64,000 nt of DNA from Squalus acanthias (lineage: Eukaryota): positions 63,614,001-63,678,000 of the forward strand of contig CM059432.1 in assembly GCA_030390025.1 (NCBI GenBank), read 5' to 3'. Shown one piece after another: positions 35,871 through 47,919 of the stretch. The notes beneath the pieces were generated by a model, which made no database searches, was not told the origin of the DNA, and saw nothing but the letters and a program-made list of their open reading frames with translations. The number at the start of each line of letters is the position of its first letter. Within the stretch, counting starts at the first letter, position 1. The translations under genes and the position numbers were made by a program.

Positions 35871-36852
35871 GATATTTATAGACAGCATTAGAAGAACTTT
35901 AAGTGCTTGGCATGGCCCAGTAGTAAATGCCCTTCGCCACTTGCCTACAGATTCCATTTCCTGCTTCCACATTTATTGTGCCAGCCACTTGTATTGCCAA
36001 CAATTTTTTTTGCCCAAGCAGCCTTTTAGAAAGTATGCATCATAAATATTTATAGCTTTTTTTCAAGGCTAACACAATTTTACCTCCATATTACCTGTAA
36101 GTGGTTGCATCCCTTTAAATGTTCCCATAATCATTATTCAACAGCCTTACCACTAAACCTGAAAATTTACATTACCATTTCTTCTGCCTGTGAAACCCTC
36201 TCTCAGATATGGGCAATTGCTTGGAGGTCTGTCTTTTATATGCAAAAGTTTGAATGCAATTAACCAGAAGTTGTTGAAATTCAATTAATAAAACATACAC
36301 TAGACTAACGGAAGGCTCTCTACTTGCCCCATGTATCTCAGCATGAGTTCCTTTTTTTCTTCACAGCAGCCATTTATGTCAATTTTGTTAAACATCTAGG
36401 GGATGACTTCTTTAGTGCAATATCTATAGTGAAATTCTAAATGTGCTCGTATTGCAGTTATGTAATTCAAGACAAAAAGAGATACTTCTTACTGTTGTTA
36501 TAAATATTTATTTTAGGTCCAGACTACCAACTAATATGGTTGTATTTCATTGTATTTGAGGCTATCTTGTTAAAGGTATCGGTGCTAACTACTGTGATTT
36601 GAATTGAACCTGTTAGAAAGCTGATCTGTCAATGTTTGCCATTAGGTTGACATGGTTATTTATAAATTGAAACACCTAGATGAAGGGCCAATTGTAATTT
36701 TTGATTTCAATGAATTGAGAGTACCGGGAAGAGGAAGAGTATGTGGGATGGCATATTTGAAGTATGATGCGGAGATGCCGGTGTTGGACTGGGGTGGACA
36801 AAATTGAGAGGTCGCACAACACCAGGTTATAGTCCAACAGTTTTATTTGAAA

Positions 36853-36894
36853 TCACAAGCTTTCGGAGCTATCGATCGCCCCTTCCTCAGGTGA
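36853..36894 (-). ncRNA. Minimal type I hammerhead ribozyme (minus-strand copy)
   Basis: Exact reverse complement of 36920-36961. Confidence 0.78.
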
Positions 36895-36919
36895 AGTAGA
36901 GAAATACAGACTGTCTACT

Positions 36920-36961
36920 TCACCTGAGGAAGGGGCGATCGATAGCTCCGAAAGCTTGTGA
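36920..36961 (+). ncRNA. Minimal type I hammerhead ribozyme
   Basis: TCAC-CTGAGGA-A-GGGGC gatcgata GCTCC-GAAA-GC-TT-GTGA. Confidence 0.78.
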
Positions 36962-36979
36962 TTTCAAATAAAACTGTTG

Positions 36980-37722
36980 GGGGGAAAAATTCAGCTGCTT
37001 GCGCCTCCCGTTAGCGCCTTAAGAGGGCGCTAATGTGGCGTAAAGCAGCTAACGCCCGGGCGCAGCGCCGCCCACGCCTCCCGTAAAATTCAGCGGGAGG
37101 TTAGCGGCGGCGCCAGCCGGTAGCGCCCTGTGGCGCTGCGCCGCCGGCGATGACGTCATCGCCGTGCGCAGCACCCCGCTCGCGCTCCAGCCGCGATCTT
37201 CAGTCGCGCCCCCTGATTTACCGCCAGACGCTATGTCCGACGGGTTCAGGGAGGCGTACGTGCGGCCGGGGCGGCGATATTTAAAGGGGAGGTGGCAGGC
37301 GGCCATTTTTGTTGCTGGCCGCCTGCCAGCACCTGCCCCCGTTGCTGTCCCCGGCCCCCGTGAAGCGCCCCCACCGTGAAGTGCCGGCTGCGCTCCAAGA
37401 GCCCGGCACTTCTCTTGAGTGCCGGGCTCTTTTGCCGGCACTCCCGATCCCTGGGGGCCCAGCTGGGCCCCGGTTCGCGCTGCGCAGGGTCCCTCCCCTT
37501 TAAGAAGGGGAGGAAGGCCTGCAATACCGCGGCACGTAGCGCCAGGATATTCCCTTGCAGCGCCCCAAGAGGGATGCGGGGTGCTTCCAGTGGTGCCCCG
37601 CTTCCCTCTTGGGGCGCAACCACTGAAGTTCCGGCGCGGGGCCGCTAATTTTTTCGGGGCGCTAAAAGTAGCGCCCCGGCGAGGTTAGCGCCCCAAATGG
37701 GGCGCGACTCAATTTTTACCCC
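36980..37722. mobile_element. GC/CpG-rich non-autonomous Harbinger MITE, 743 bp, related to H3
   Basis: TIRs GGGGGAAAAATT / AATTTTTACCCC. 3-bp TSD TTG; removing the insert restores Penelope CTGTTGGACTATAA. Termini match the ends of H3. Confidence 0.92.
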
Positions 37723-37839
37723 TTGGACTATAACCTGGTGTTGTGCGACCTCTCATATTTGAAGTATACCAGAGATGAGAGGGAAAAGTTCAGAGTGATA
37801 ATGACCATTGTAATATTGATAAAATATATAGAGACAATA

Positions 37840-38215
37840 TAGAATCATAGAATCATACAGCACAGAAGGAGGCCATTCGGCCATCGTGCCTGTGTCGGAT
37901 CTCTGAAAGAGTTACCAGTTAGTCCCAATCTCCAGAGTCCTGCAAAGTTTTCCTTTTCAAGTCTCTATCCACTTCCCATTTGAAAGTTACTTTTGAATAT
38001 GCTTCCACTACCCTTTCAGGCAATGCATTTCAGATCATAACAACTCACTGAGTAAAAGCAATAGTCCTTATCTCCCCCTGGCATTTTTTGCCAATTATCT
38101 TAAATCTGTCTCCTCTGGTTATCAACTCTGCAGCCAGTGGAAAGTTTCTCCCTATCTACCCGATCAAAACCCCTCATCATTTTGAGCTCCTCTATTAAAT
38201 CTCCCCTTAACCTTC
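37840..38215 (-). mobile_element. CR1 3' fragment
   Basis: (TAGAATCA)n tail and RRLRGDLIE...GFDRVDREKL on the minus strand. Confidence 0.85.
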
Positions 38216-39256
38216 TGGAGGGAGAAAAAGAGACATGAAGGAGACCCAAGTACTTCTTGTGATGCAGTTGCTTGGCTTTTTGAGAAATTTGTGCACTCTT
38301 GTTTGACTGATGGGTCATTGATTCTGTTGGGAAGTCCAATTATTCCAGGTGGGTAAACTGCTGTGAATGCTCTTGTGCTCCAGGGATTTCTATGTTCCCA
38401 TAGTGCTATTTGAAGCTGACAAATTAGACTGCTGGATGGGTTCCACTGAATTTCACAGTAATATGTGACAACGATCACCATTCCCTAGTGTGATAGAGCT
38501 TCCATGGCTTCTGTAAGGTTGACTAAAAATTGTTTGGTTAACCACATTGCACAGTCTTGCATGAGGCCTCTGGGCAGCAGAACTGAATAGCTGTCATGGA
38601 GATTACAGGCTTATCACAGTATTCTGGCCAAAAATATAGCCATAGGCTTTCATGCAATATATCATCGTCTGAAAGATATGTTTGTAATGTTACATGCTGA
38701 TTATGTGTTTTCACTGATGCTCCATATTTGGATCTTCTATGGTTAAAAAAAACTAATGGTTGGACACAAATCTTTTTACAAATTAGTGAACTTAATGTTG
38801 ACTGTATGTTAGGATTAACAAATTCCCTAAATATTTAACTGTTATCATCTATATATACAGAATACTGTATCTGGTACTATATCATTTGCTTCACAAATGT
38901 TGCTGCAATAACCACAGTATCGCCCCATTTGGGGCGTGATTATCGGTCGGGCGCAAAGTTTAGCGCCTGGCGCTAATTATCGCCTCAAACTTGGCTTTTA
39001 TCGCCCCTGGAGGTGATTGGAGCTCTAAATCAAGCGCTACACACCTCTCTTAAGGCGCAAAGACCGAGGAGCGAGGCGTTAACTCAGAGCGCGAGCACAG
39101 GGCAGGTGATGTCAGTTAGCGATGGAACACAGACACACTGGCGCCGGACAGTTCTTAAAGGGGAGGCTCGATCTTGCTCTCCAGCTACACCCTACTCATT
39201 GGAGCCTTGAATCTCGGCCTGGAGAGACCTGTGCCTACATTTTCCAGCCAAGGACT

Positions 39257-41040
39257 ATGGAGAGGGTGAGAGAACGAGCTCAGTGCTTCAGCGAGTGGGC
39301 CTTGGAGGCTCTGGTTGGCGCGGTGGAGCGCAGAAGATCTATACTCTACCCTGAGAGTGGCAGGAGGCCTTTGCCGCGCGACTACAGAAGAGTGTGGAGG
39401 GAGGTGGCTCAGCACGTCTCCTCCAGGAGCATGGTGCCCAGGACCCATACTCAATGTCGCAAAAAGTTCAACGACCTCACTCGGGTCGTCAGGGTGAGTG
39501 GCTTTTTTTCAATACCTCTCCATCCCTCCATCTCAACCTCACTCTATGGCCAGAGGGTCTTAAAACCCCAATGTCCAACACTCATCCAACACTTATGGCC
39601 CTCTCATGAAACACACACGCACATTCCACACTTTGCATACATTAAGAGCTATTCAATTATGGGAGGCACATCAAGCAAGACCATGGCTGCATACATTAAG
39701 GGCTATTCAATTATGGGAGGCGCATCAGGCAAGACCATGGCTGTATATTTACTCAGACGCCATCCTTTTTCTTGCAGGCCAAGCTATCTCATAATAGGAG
39801 ACAGCAGCAACGGACGGGTGGAGGGCGGCCTCAGCTGCAACCCCTCAGCGATCTTGAGGCGCGCGTCCACAGGATTGTGGCAAGCCAGGTGATCGGTCCC
39901 GTCGCCCCTGGAGAGGTCGACCCCGTTCTGGTCAGCAATGGTAAGGTCATCAGCTTTCTCTCCTCTCTCATTCCACTTGTCCCTCACAACACCAGCCTTT
40001 GACACTTTCAATCCATCTTACTAAATCGCTGCACTCCTTCCTCCCTTACTGCCCCCCTGTCCTCACGCTAAAGCCACTCTTGTACCTCCCTGCTTTCAGA
40101 TAGTGATTCACCAGCTGAAGAGACGGGCCCTGAAGCTGCCAGTGGGAGCGAAGCTGCAGGCGAGGAGGAAGAGGAAACCGGAGGATCAGCACCACCCTCT
40201 CTTGAGGAAGCCCATGCCCACACTGGGAACACGCCTTCCCTGGAGGGGAGCAGGGGGGAAGGGTCTGATGAGGGTTAAGCTCCAGGACCCAGCGGGCTGC
40301 AGTAACGCGATGTGGCAAGGGAAGCTCGGGGGCCTTCTCCCTGGAGGGAGAGTAGGCCACCGAGTCCTGCTGCACTGGACGCAGAGGAGGAGTGGCTCAT
40401 CGCTGAAATGAACACCCAGGCGGTGGACATGCACACTCAGCTCATGGGTGCAGTGGGAAGGGTGCCCGAATGCATTGATACACTGGCAAGGAGTGTGGAG
40501 CACTTCGCTGCAGCACAGGCGGATGCCACGCTAAAGCTTAGAGCTGCAATTCAGTCGCTGGCTGCCGTGATCCCATCTCAGACTGCTCTCATGCAGACTC
40601 AGATTGAGGCTACGCAAGCACTGACTGCTGCCATCGTCGCTGGTTCGGACACATTTCCCTGGGGCTCTCACCGCGCCGCAGCAGGCCAGCAATCTGTGCT
40701 CCAGCAGATTGCTCCGGATGCTGATGTGCTGCCCCGTGGGAGTGCCAGTGTGTCGGTCGAGCAGGGAGGTGCTGTCCTCTCTCAAGATGACAGCATTCCT
40801 GCTGCCACCACTGTCACTTCCCCATTGCACTTGCCACCGCCTGTAGCCCAGACTGCTGCCGCCCATGCAGAGTTGGTGCAGTCTGCAGCCGGGCCCTTCA
40901 GGCCCAAAGCTGGTCGAGGCCGTCCTTCAAGGGGCATCTGCAGTCTCAGGTTCTGACAATCAGCAGCCTTCCACCAGCCATGCTGCAGCCACTGGGGCCC
41001 CATTACAGTAAGGTGGGAAGGGGGGAAGTGCGCAAGGGAA
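39257..41040 (+). pseudogene. H3 Myb/SANT ORF2, three exons (39257-39493; 39778-39940; 40100-~41040), with stops in exon 3
   Basis: FSEWALEALV...WREVA...RTHTQCRKKFNDL, then GTGAGT...TTGCAG, then AKLSHNRRQQQRTGGG, then GTAAGG...TTTCAG, then an acidic and helical tail. Confidence 0.88.
39634..39743. repeat. 54-bp tandem duplication in H3 ORF2 intron 1
   Basis: TGCATACATTAAG.GCTATTCAATTATGGGAGGC.CATCA.GCAAGACCATGGC occurs twice. Confidence 0.9.
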
Positions 41041-41379
41041 GGAGATCACACTCGAAGGGCAAAAAGTAGGAGGTGTGACGAAATGTTGGTCAATTTTTTA
41101 TTAAAGGCCGAGTTCGTGTTCAAACTTTTGTTTAGTGTTTTGGACATTATCTCCAGGTTGTGAGAACCAGTTATGTTAATTAATGATTTTTTGTGTTTCT
41201 TTCTATTAGTTTGTCATGAAGAAATGACACACACAGAGTTTGTAAAATAAAAAAGTTTTTGTATTCAAAATGTACAGGTTTGGCCTTTGGAATCATTGCT
41301 GCCTTGGCCGGCTTAGGGGTTGCGGGTTGGTTTCATTCATGTTGTTCTCCATGGCAGAAGCCATTTCCTCAGTAGGGGC

Positions 41380-42545
41380 CTAGAAGCGGCTTGCTATCAG
41401 CCGTTGATGGACGGCCCTTGCAGTTTCAACATTGTGGGCCTCCCTCCCGCCTTGGTGCTGCTGATGATCATCCTCCTCCTCTTCCTCCGCCTCTTCCTCC
41501 TCCTCCTCTGGTGGTGCTCCAAGGCCTGGTGGCATTGGCTGGGTCCTGAGGATTGCCAGGTTATGCAGCATGCAGCACACAACTATGAAGAGGGAGACTC
41601 GCTCAGGCGAGTACTGCAGGGCTCCTTCTGAGTGGTCCAGACAGCGGAACCGTTGCTTGAGCACGCCGATCGTCTGCTCAACGATGTTCCTGGTGGCGAG
41701 ATTGCTCTCGTTGTACCGCAGCTCAGCAGGGGTGTTGGGGTTACGGAGCGGTGTCATCAGCCAGGTGCACAGTGGATTACCCTTGTCCCCGAGGAGCCAA
41801 CCACTTGGCTATTGCGGTGCCTGGAAAAGTTCTGGCACAGCAGTCTGGCGCAGGATGAAAGCATCGTGGCTGCTGCCAGGATAGCGGGCATTGACAGCGA
41901 GTATCAGCTGTCTGTGGTCACAGACCAACTGGACGTTTAAGGAGTGGAACCCGTTGCGGTTGCGGAAAACCTCTGCATTCTCATGCGGTGCCCGCAATGC
42001 CACATGCGTGCAGTCAATGGCGCCCTGCACCATGGGGAAGCCCGCTATCCTCGCAAAGCCCAATGCACATTCATGCTGTTTGGCTCGGGTCATCGGGAAA
42101 GAGATGTACTGGCGTCTCCTTTTATAGAGGGCATTTGTGGCCTGACGGATACAGCAATGGACCGCGAACTGGGAGATATTGGCGATGTCCCCAGTAGCTG
42201 CTTAAAAGGAGCCGGTGGCATAAAAGTTCAGAGCCACTGTGACCTTCACTGCCACCAACAGAGACGTCCTGGTCCTCAGTAGAGGCTGCAGATCTGGCTG
42301 CAGCAGGTGGCAGAGCTCAGTGACCGCCTCCTTGCTGAAGCGCAGCCTGTGTAAACACTGCTCTTCAGACAAATTAATGTCGGAGAATTGTTGCCGATAT
42401 ACCCTGGGAGGGTAAGGTCTCCCGTACAGAGGCCTGTTGGCCCTCCTCCGTCTGGCCATGATTGCCACTCTCTCTCTGCGACTCTGTTGCCTCCGATTCT
42501 GCAGGCGCAGGACGACGCCCCAAATCAGTGCAGCCCCAATAGTCT
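41380..42545 (-). pseudogene. H3 Harbinger nuclease (frameshift near 42205, stop near 41810)
   Basis: [78 protein letters not shown]. Confidence 0.93.
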
Positions 42546-43002
42546 CTTGGCAATTGAAGTAATGAAGGTCAAATCCAAAAGTACCTGCAAAGTGATGCTC
42601 AGTAGCCAAAACTACTTCACACAGCATTGATTCTATGCAGAAGTCTCTCCTTCTCTCTCTCAGAATCTCTCTCTCTGTCAGAATGAGTGGTGCAAAAATG
42701 TCTACCACAGAAAAAGCCAGGAAGAGGCCGCCTTTAAATAGCACCCCCCCAGCCCCTCACTGACTGGGAAACGTTCCAGTCTCCCTGTCGTTGCTTGCGC
42801 CAGGCGGAAAGGAGGGGGGCGCCACTCAATATCCGGTCCGGGGCGCCAGAAGGGCGTTGCATGCTCGACTGACGTCAAGATCTGCGGGCGCAGGAGATCA
42901 GGACGGTGGTGTTTAGCGCTGCCGCAAAACGTCTGGTCAATTTCGTGAGTGGCACAGACATCGCCGTGCCCAGGCGCTAGTTGCTTTGCGCCCCATTAGC
43001 GC

Positions 43003-44004
43003 TGTAACCGGTTTTTGCGTCGGCCAATTTCCTATGGCCCCTGCCGCAATCGCCAATTATTGTAAGTGGTTTCGCCCCATCCGTAGCGAGCACGCAAACC
43101 CCCTTACTACAAGTTCTGGACGATAGGGATTACTGAGGACAGGTTTGAACATGGACAGTGTTTTCGGGTTCACCCATACAGTGTTTATTAAGGTTGACAA
43201 AAACCACTCCCCTCGCATACAGTACGAGCAGTGTGAACACAACAGTACAGTTTAAAACAGTACAACCCTGACTTGTCCAACAAGCCCCTGCCGTGCTGAC
43301 TTACCACGGCCTAAAAACACCCTCCCGTGAACTAAACTATCACAGGACCCTTCCAACGCTAAACCCCCTCTGGTTTGGTAGGAACATACAGGCACCCCCT
43401 CACACAGCTAAGTGATCTTGTGGATGTGTAGGCTTGGCAATGTTCACCTAGATGGCCATTGATCTTGCTTGCAGTTTCCTCCCGTACGTCTCGGCTACCT
43501 GGTTCCGTACCGGCCTTGCGGCATGCGAGTCCCAACCTTAGTCGAAGTCCGTCTCGGTTGGAAGAGCAAGGCTCAGCTCTTCTTGATGTTCCGTTGTGTG
43601 GAGGGTAGGACAGAGAGAGAGAGAGCTATCCAAGCTGCTCTCTGATATACTCCTCCAATACACAGACCGCTGTCTGTGGTTTTAATGGACACATGGCCTC
43701 AGGGAAATGGTTTCCAAACTTCCTTCCAGGTTTGAATGGTTTTTGATCTTCCAGCCGATTAACTTAACGAGCTCATCTTGACCAGAAACAATGAGTCGTC
43801 AGCCTTGTTAATCAAGACTTGGGAGTGGGCCTCTCAGGCCATTGTTCCCAAGGACAGTTCGTTTCCATACGAATGCAACCTGGTTACGTGAGTCACCTCC
43901 AGCTTGAGTGTTTTTTTCACTGCTTCCTCCCCCCAAGCAGCCTGTCCAGTTTTTAATAAGGGTTCATAATCTAAAAATCCATGGAGTCTGCGCCGACTGC
44001 TACA
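43003..44004 (-). mobile_element. Solo LTR (1002 bp), second family
   Basis: TGTAAC...GCTACA ends. 4-bp TSD GCGC; removing the insert restores the Harbinger subterminal sequence seen in the 36980 MITE. Minus-strand AATAAA at 43189-43184. Confidence 0.88.
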
Positions 44005-44168
44005 GCGCCCTCTTAAGGCGCTAACGGGAGGCGCAAACCAACCGAATTTTTCCCCCTATAATTGTTCTTTTCATACTCACTTGTTAATCACATTAATGTA
44101 TTTCTTTTATTTTAATGCCAAGTTTTCTTTTGATGTTATCATTTTCTGTCATCTTCTTGACTTTTAAG

Positions 44169-44230
44169 GAGATAAATGCTCTATTTCTTTAGATGCTGCA
44201 ATTGCAGACTCTCAATTTCACCACAAACCG
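44169..44230 (+). other. Candidate small internal exon of an unidentified host gene
   Basis: Long pyrimidine tract with TTTTAAG acceptor and CCG|GTATGA donor. One open frame, (G)DKCSISLDAAIADSQFHHKP, in apparently unique DNA. Confidence 0.3.
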
Positions 44231-44477
44231 GTATGACGCAAGAATGGTTCTATCCATCTTTGCAGCAAATGAACGATGATAATAGTTCTCACGAAATTAT
44301 TCATGAAATGGACATTAAATAATATTGTATTAATTTCTTATATTATGAATAAGATGGCGTATGAAATAACATTACAAGAAGTTCTTGGAATCGTGCAGCG
44401 ATGTTCCTTTTCATGCTGAAAATACACAAGAGACACAACACGTTCCACACATTACCTTCAATAGAGACGTATGATCT

Positions 44478-44708
44478 TTACTCAGAGTGGTGAGACTGTG
44501 GAACTCGCTACCATATGGAGTGGTTCAGGTGAATAGCATAGATGTATTTAAGGGGAAGCTAGATAAGTACATGAGGGAGAAAGGAATAGAAGGATATGCT
44601 GATAGGGTGAGATGAAATAGCGTGGGAGGAGGCCCGTGTGGAGCATAAATGCCGGCATAGACCTGTTGGGCTGAATGGCCTGTTCCTGTGCTGTAATTTC
44701 TATGTAAT
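44478..44708 (+). mobile_element. CR1 3'-end fragment
   Basis: TTTACTCAGAGTGGTGAGACTGTGGAACTCGCT...GGGCTGAATGGCCTGTTCCTGTGCTGTAATTTCTATG. Confidence 0.85.
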
Positions 44709-45439
44709 ATGCCTGATAGTTGTGATAAAATATCTGAGGTAAAATGTACAAATGAGCATACACCCATAGAACTGGCCCTAAAGAAGCTACTTTATTTGAT
44801 CTTGTGGCAGTTGAATTCCCCTAAAAGCTACAGGGGCCATCCAAATGCTGGTTTGAAACTGTTGCTGAGTAAATTCCACTTGAAGCTGCTGTAACTTGTG
44901 TTTCAGTAATTGCCATTGTTTGTACAGGTGGATTCATAGATAGGTGACATCCCACTGCAATAGTTGAGAGGGTGATAAAAATGCTGTGCTCACTGGAAAT
45001 AAAATACTCAAGTGAACTGATAAAAATATTATAAATTATTGAGGGAGAATTGGATCGATTCTTGAAGAGGTGGGCGATTGAAGGGTATAAGTTTTTGGGA
45101 CTGGCCAGGAAATTCACAGAGTCTTTCTAGTCCTACGATTTCCTAAATTGGAAACAGATGTGATTTTTGAAAGATAAATACACAGTAATTGCTAATGAAT
45201 GTACTTACTTGAAAGATGTGCAAAAAACAAACCCTACAGGGCCGAGTATGTTCACACTCCTCTCATTTTCAAAACTGTGACTTGCTGCTTGGCAATTTGT
45301 CAGATCATAAATTAATTATAAATATAAAACTTACAGCAAATTATTAATGTAATCAAAGTAAGAAACTGAGTATACATAATGCAAATCTAGAAGGTCTAAT
45401 AATTATTGTAGGTCTTCTCTTGTTCTTTTGGGCTACAAA

Positions 45440-46029
45440 GGTGCTGAAATTCTTCTCCACTACTTTTAGCAAAAAGTAGATGAATAAAAAGTATATTTAA
45501 AGATAATTTAGAAATGTAAAAAGGAGGAGTAAGACCCGCTTTTAAGAAGGTAAGTAGTGAATTAAGTATTTTTTTAAATTTTTTTTAACAGGTATATCTT
45601 TTTTAGAGACTTTAAAGACAGGTAAGTTTATTTTTATAACTTTTTAAAAGATTTTAAATTTTTTCAAAAATTTAATTTTTTATTTAAAATGGTTAATTTA
45701 ATTAACTATACTTATTTTATTAATGTGATGGTTTTTTTTAATTTAATTGAGGTTTAGCTGTTATTTTGGGGGGGTGTAAGATTCATAGATTTCACAGCCT
45801 GCTGTGAAACTTATGAATGGAAGATGGTGTGCTGCCATTGGCTCTAACTGAGTCACGTGATCCCACAGCTCGCACGAATTCACTACGCCACTGGGATACG
45901 CAAGCACTGCCCAGCTGATCTCTAGAACATGAAGTTCGTGCGAGCTGGATCTGAAAAAGCACAAGCGAGGTGAGAGATCGCGGGAAAGCCTTACCCCCGC
46001 GGGAACAGAGCGAGATCAATTTCTGGGCC
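45440..46029. mobile_element. Harbinger-type MITE (degraded)
   Basis: Ends GGTGCTGAAATT / AATTTCTGGGCC. AT-rich core and GC-rich subterminal region like 33221-33714. Confidence 0.5.
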
Positions 46030-47688
46030 AATAATCTCAAGTAAAGAATCCCTAATATCCTCACTGGTAAGCAAGTCTAATTTGTGGTCAACAGTCTTAC
46101 AGGTGCCAAATACCATTTTTTATTCACATGAACAGTGACTGCACTTCAAAATGCACTATGTTGGCTGTGAGGGTGTTCTGAGGTTATGAAGGGCATGATA
46201 TAAAAGCAATTTCTTTCTTTCTATAACTAAAATTAACCCCTAATCCCTTTCCCCAGCGCAAACTCTTAATATCTTATTGATTACGTTAATTAACTCCTGT
46301 TACCATGGTTACTGCAGAGCTTAAAAGTTTCTAAATCCAGACTTTGTCCTGTGATACAGGCTGAAACTCAGTAATTCTGGGCTGAAATTTCGTTGGGGTT
46401 CCCCACCATAACTCTAGTGGGAGGCCAGTGGAATTCCCAGGAAGATGGCGGAGATCCAGTTGCACCGGTCTTTGATGTTCCTACTTTACCTCGTAAAGGG
46501 CAAAAATTCTGTTTGTTCCTTACAAAGCAAATGATGGCCAGAGTGGATCCAGGGTGGGATCTCACTAATCCAGGATTTGCCACTCCTTGGGCTGGATAAA
46601 GACCCAGTGTTGCAGTGGCGATCAGTACGCCACTGCGACACTGGGTGCATAGCGGCCTCTACAGGGGCATTCGTGGAGTCTACAGGTGGAGTCCAGGCTA
46701 GGAAGTGGCCTGGACCCCCAAAGAGTTTAAGTTACAAAAACAATGCTGCAGATCGTCTTCCTTGCTCAGGTGGTTAATAGAGGCCATTGGTGGGGGCTGG
46801 GGGTTGTAGTGGTGGCGATGGTTGAGAGAGGGTCTCTGTGACTAAAACTTTACAATCTTTAGGAACAGACATCTATTTAATACATAATGGAGAGGAGCGT
46901 TTAACTGGGAAATAAACATCAGCTGCTTGCTCTTATACAGAGCCTTTAATGTAGTGAAAAGTCTCATAGAGCTTCACAAAGTGGGAGCAGGAGTAGGGAG
47001 AACAGGAAGGAAGGTGGCTTAAGGCACAGGCAAAAATGATGTCAGGTCTGACTGTCAGTTTAACCCCCTGAGGTGATTTATTCCTGGAAATTACAGCTCC
47101 TGTTACACATCAATTTTAAAATACTAAATCTGAGTCAGTCATTAGAAGACTGCGCCAACCTAAAAATCGTTAGCTTGGTTTGATATTAAGAAAACTGATG
47201 AGCCACGAATGAGGCACAGCTCTGTTTTGGTCTGAACTGCCATGTATTTTCATGCTTCACTGGAGAATGGCAGCAAGTTATAAATTGGAATAAAATCTTA
47301 ACTTTATCGACCGTTTACTTTAATAAAAGAAATTGACAGTCCAAGCAACAATTTATCACTGATTTTACAAAAGCACTTAAACTCTCATATTTTACATGTT
47401 GATAAATTTTAGATATCATTTCAATTTTCCTGAACTGCTTTGTGTCTCTTGACCTGGAACAAATTTCAACTTTTAAAAATAAATTCATCTAAAGTTTGTC
47501 TTTTGTTAACACACACTTTTCCATTGTTCATTTATGAATTTCCTTTTTGTTGTGTGACTGTAACAGTAATATCTGTATTGGTAGGGTTTAAAAGCACATG
47601 CAACAGTCTTGTGACATTAAGGGCAGTCCAGCATTTCACTCAACATGCAGCTCTGGTCATTCTTATATCACACAGATCATATTGAGAG

Positions 47689-47824
47689 GTACAAAAAGAA
47701 AATACTGCAGATGCTGGAAATCTGAAATAAAAACAGAAAATGCTGGAGATACTCAGCAGGTCAGGCAGCATCTGTGAAGAGAGAAACAGAGTTAACGTTT
47801 CAGGTCGATGACCTTTCGTCAGGA
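47689..47824 (-). mobile_element. Penelope family-2 terminus with hammerhead core
   Basis: 11-bp TSD CATATTGAGAG (47678-88, 47825-35). Minus strand reads CTGACGA-A-AGGTC atc GACCT-GAAA-CG-TT-AAC (47822-47791). Confidence 0.85.
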
Positions 47825-47919
47825 CATATTGAGAGATAACTATGTAATCGATAAGATGGCAGTTTGGATTGAGGACGCACCTAGAATGTTTTATGTTTGT
47901 TTAACTGATAGAAGATTAT

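Larger units (their letters stand above)
36766..37753. mobile_element. Penelope family-1 inverted pLTR pair interrupted by a Harbinger MITE
   Basis: Inverted repeat centred near 36907. 14-bp TSD CATATTTGAAGTAT (36752-36765, 37754-37767). Confidence 0.88.
38921..44056. mobile_element. PIF/Harbinger element H3 (two convergent genes, solo LTR inserted near the right end)
   Basis: Right TIR AATTTTTCCCCC and left subterminal CGCCCCATTTGGGGCG. TAT on both flanks. Confidence 0.92.

Noticed and set aside
36517..36575. Candidate exon (G)PDYQLIWLYFIVFEAILLK
   Set aside because: The pyrimidine tract and donor are weak and the peptide is unrecognised. Such matches are expected by chance in AT-rich DNA.
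41380..42545. Host HARBI1 or NAIF1/MSANTD genes (here and in H1, H2, H5)
   Set aside because: There are multiple copies with stops and frameshifts, bounded by TIRs and TSDs.
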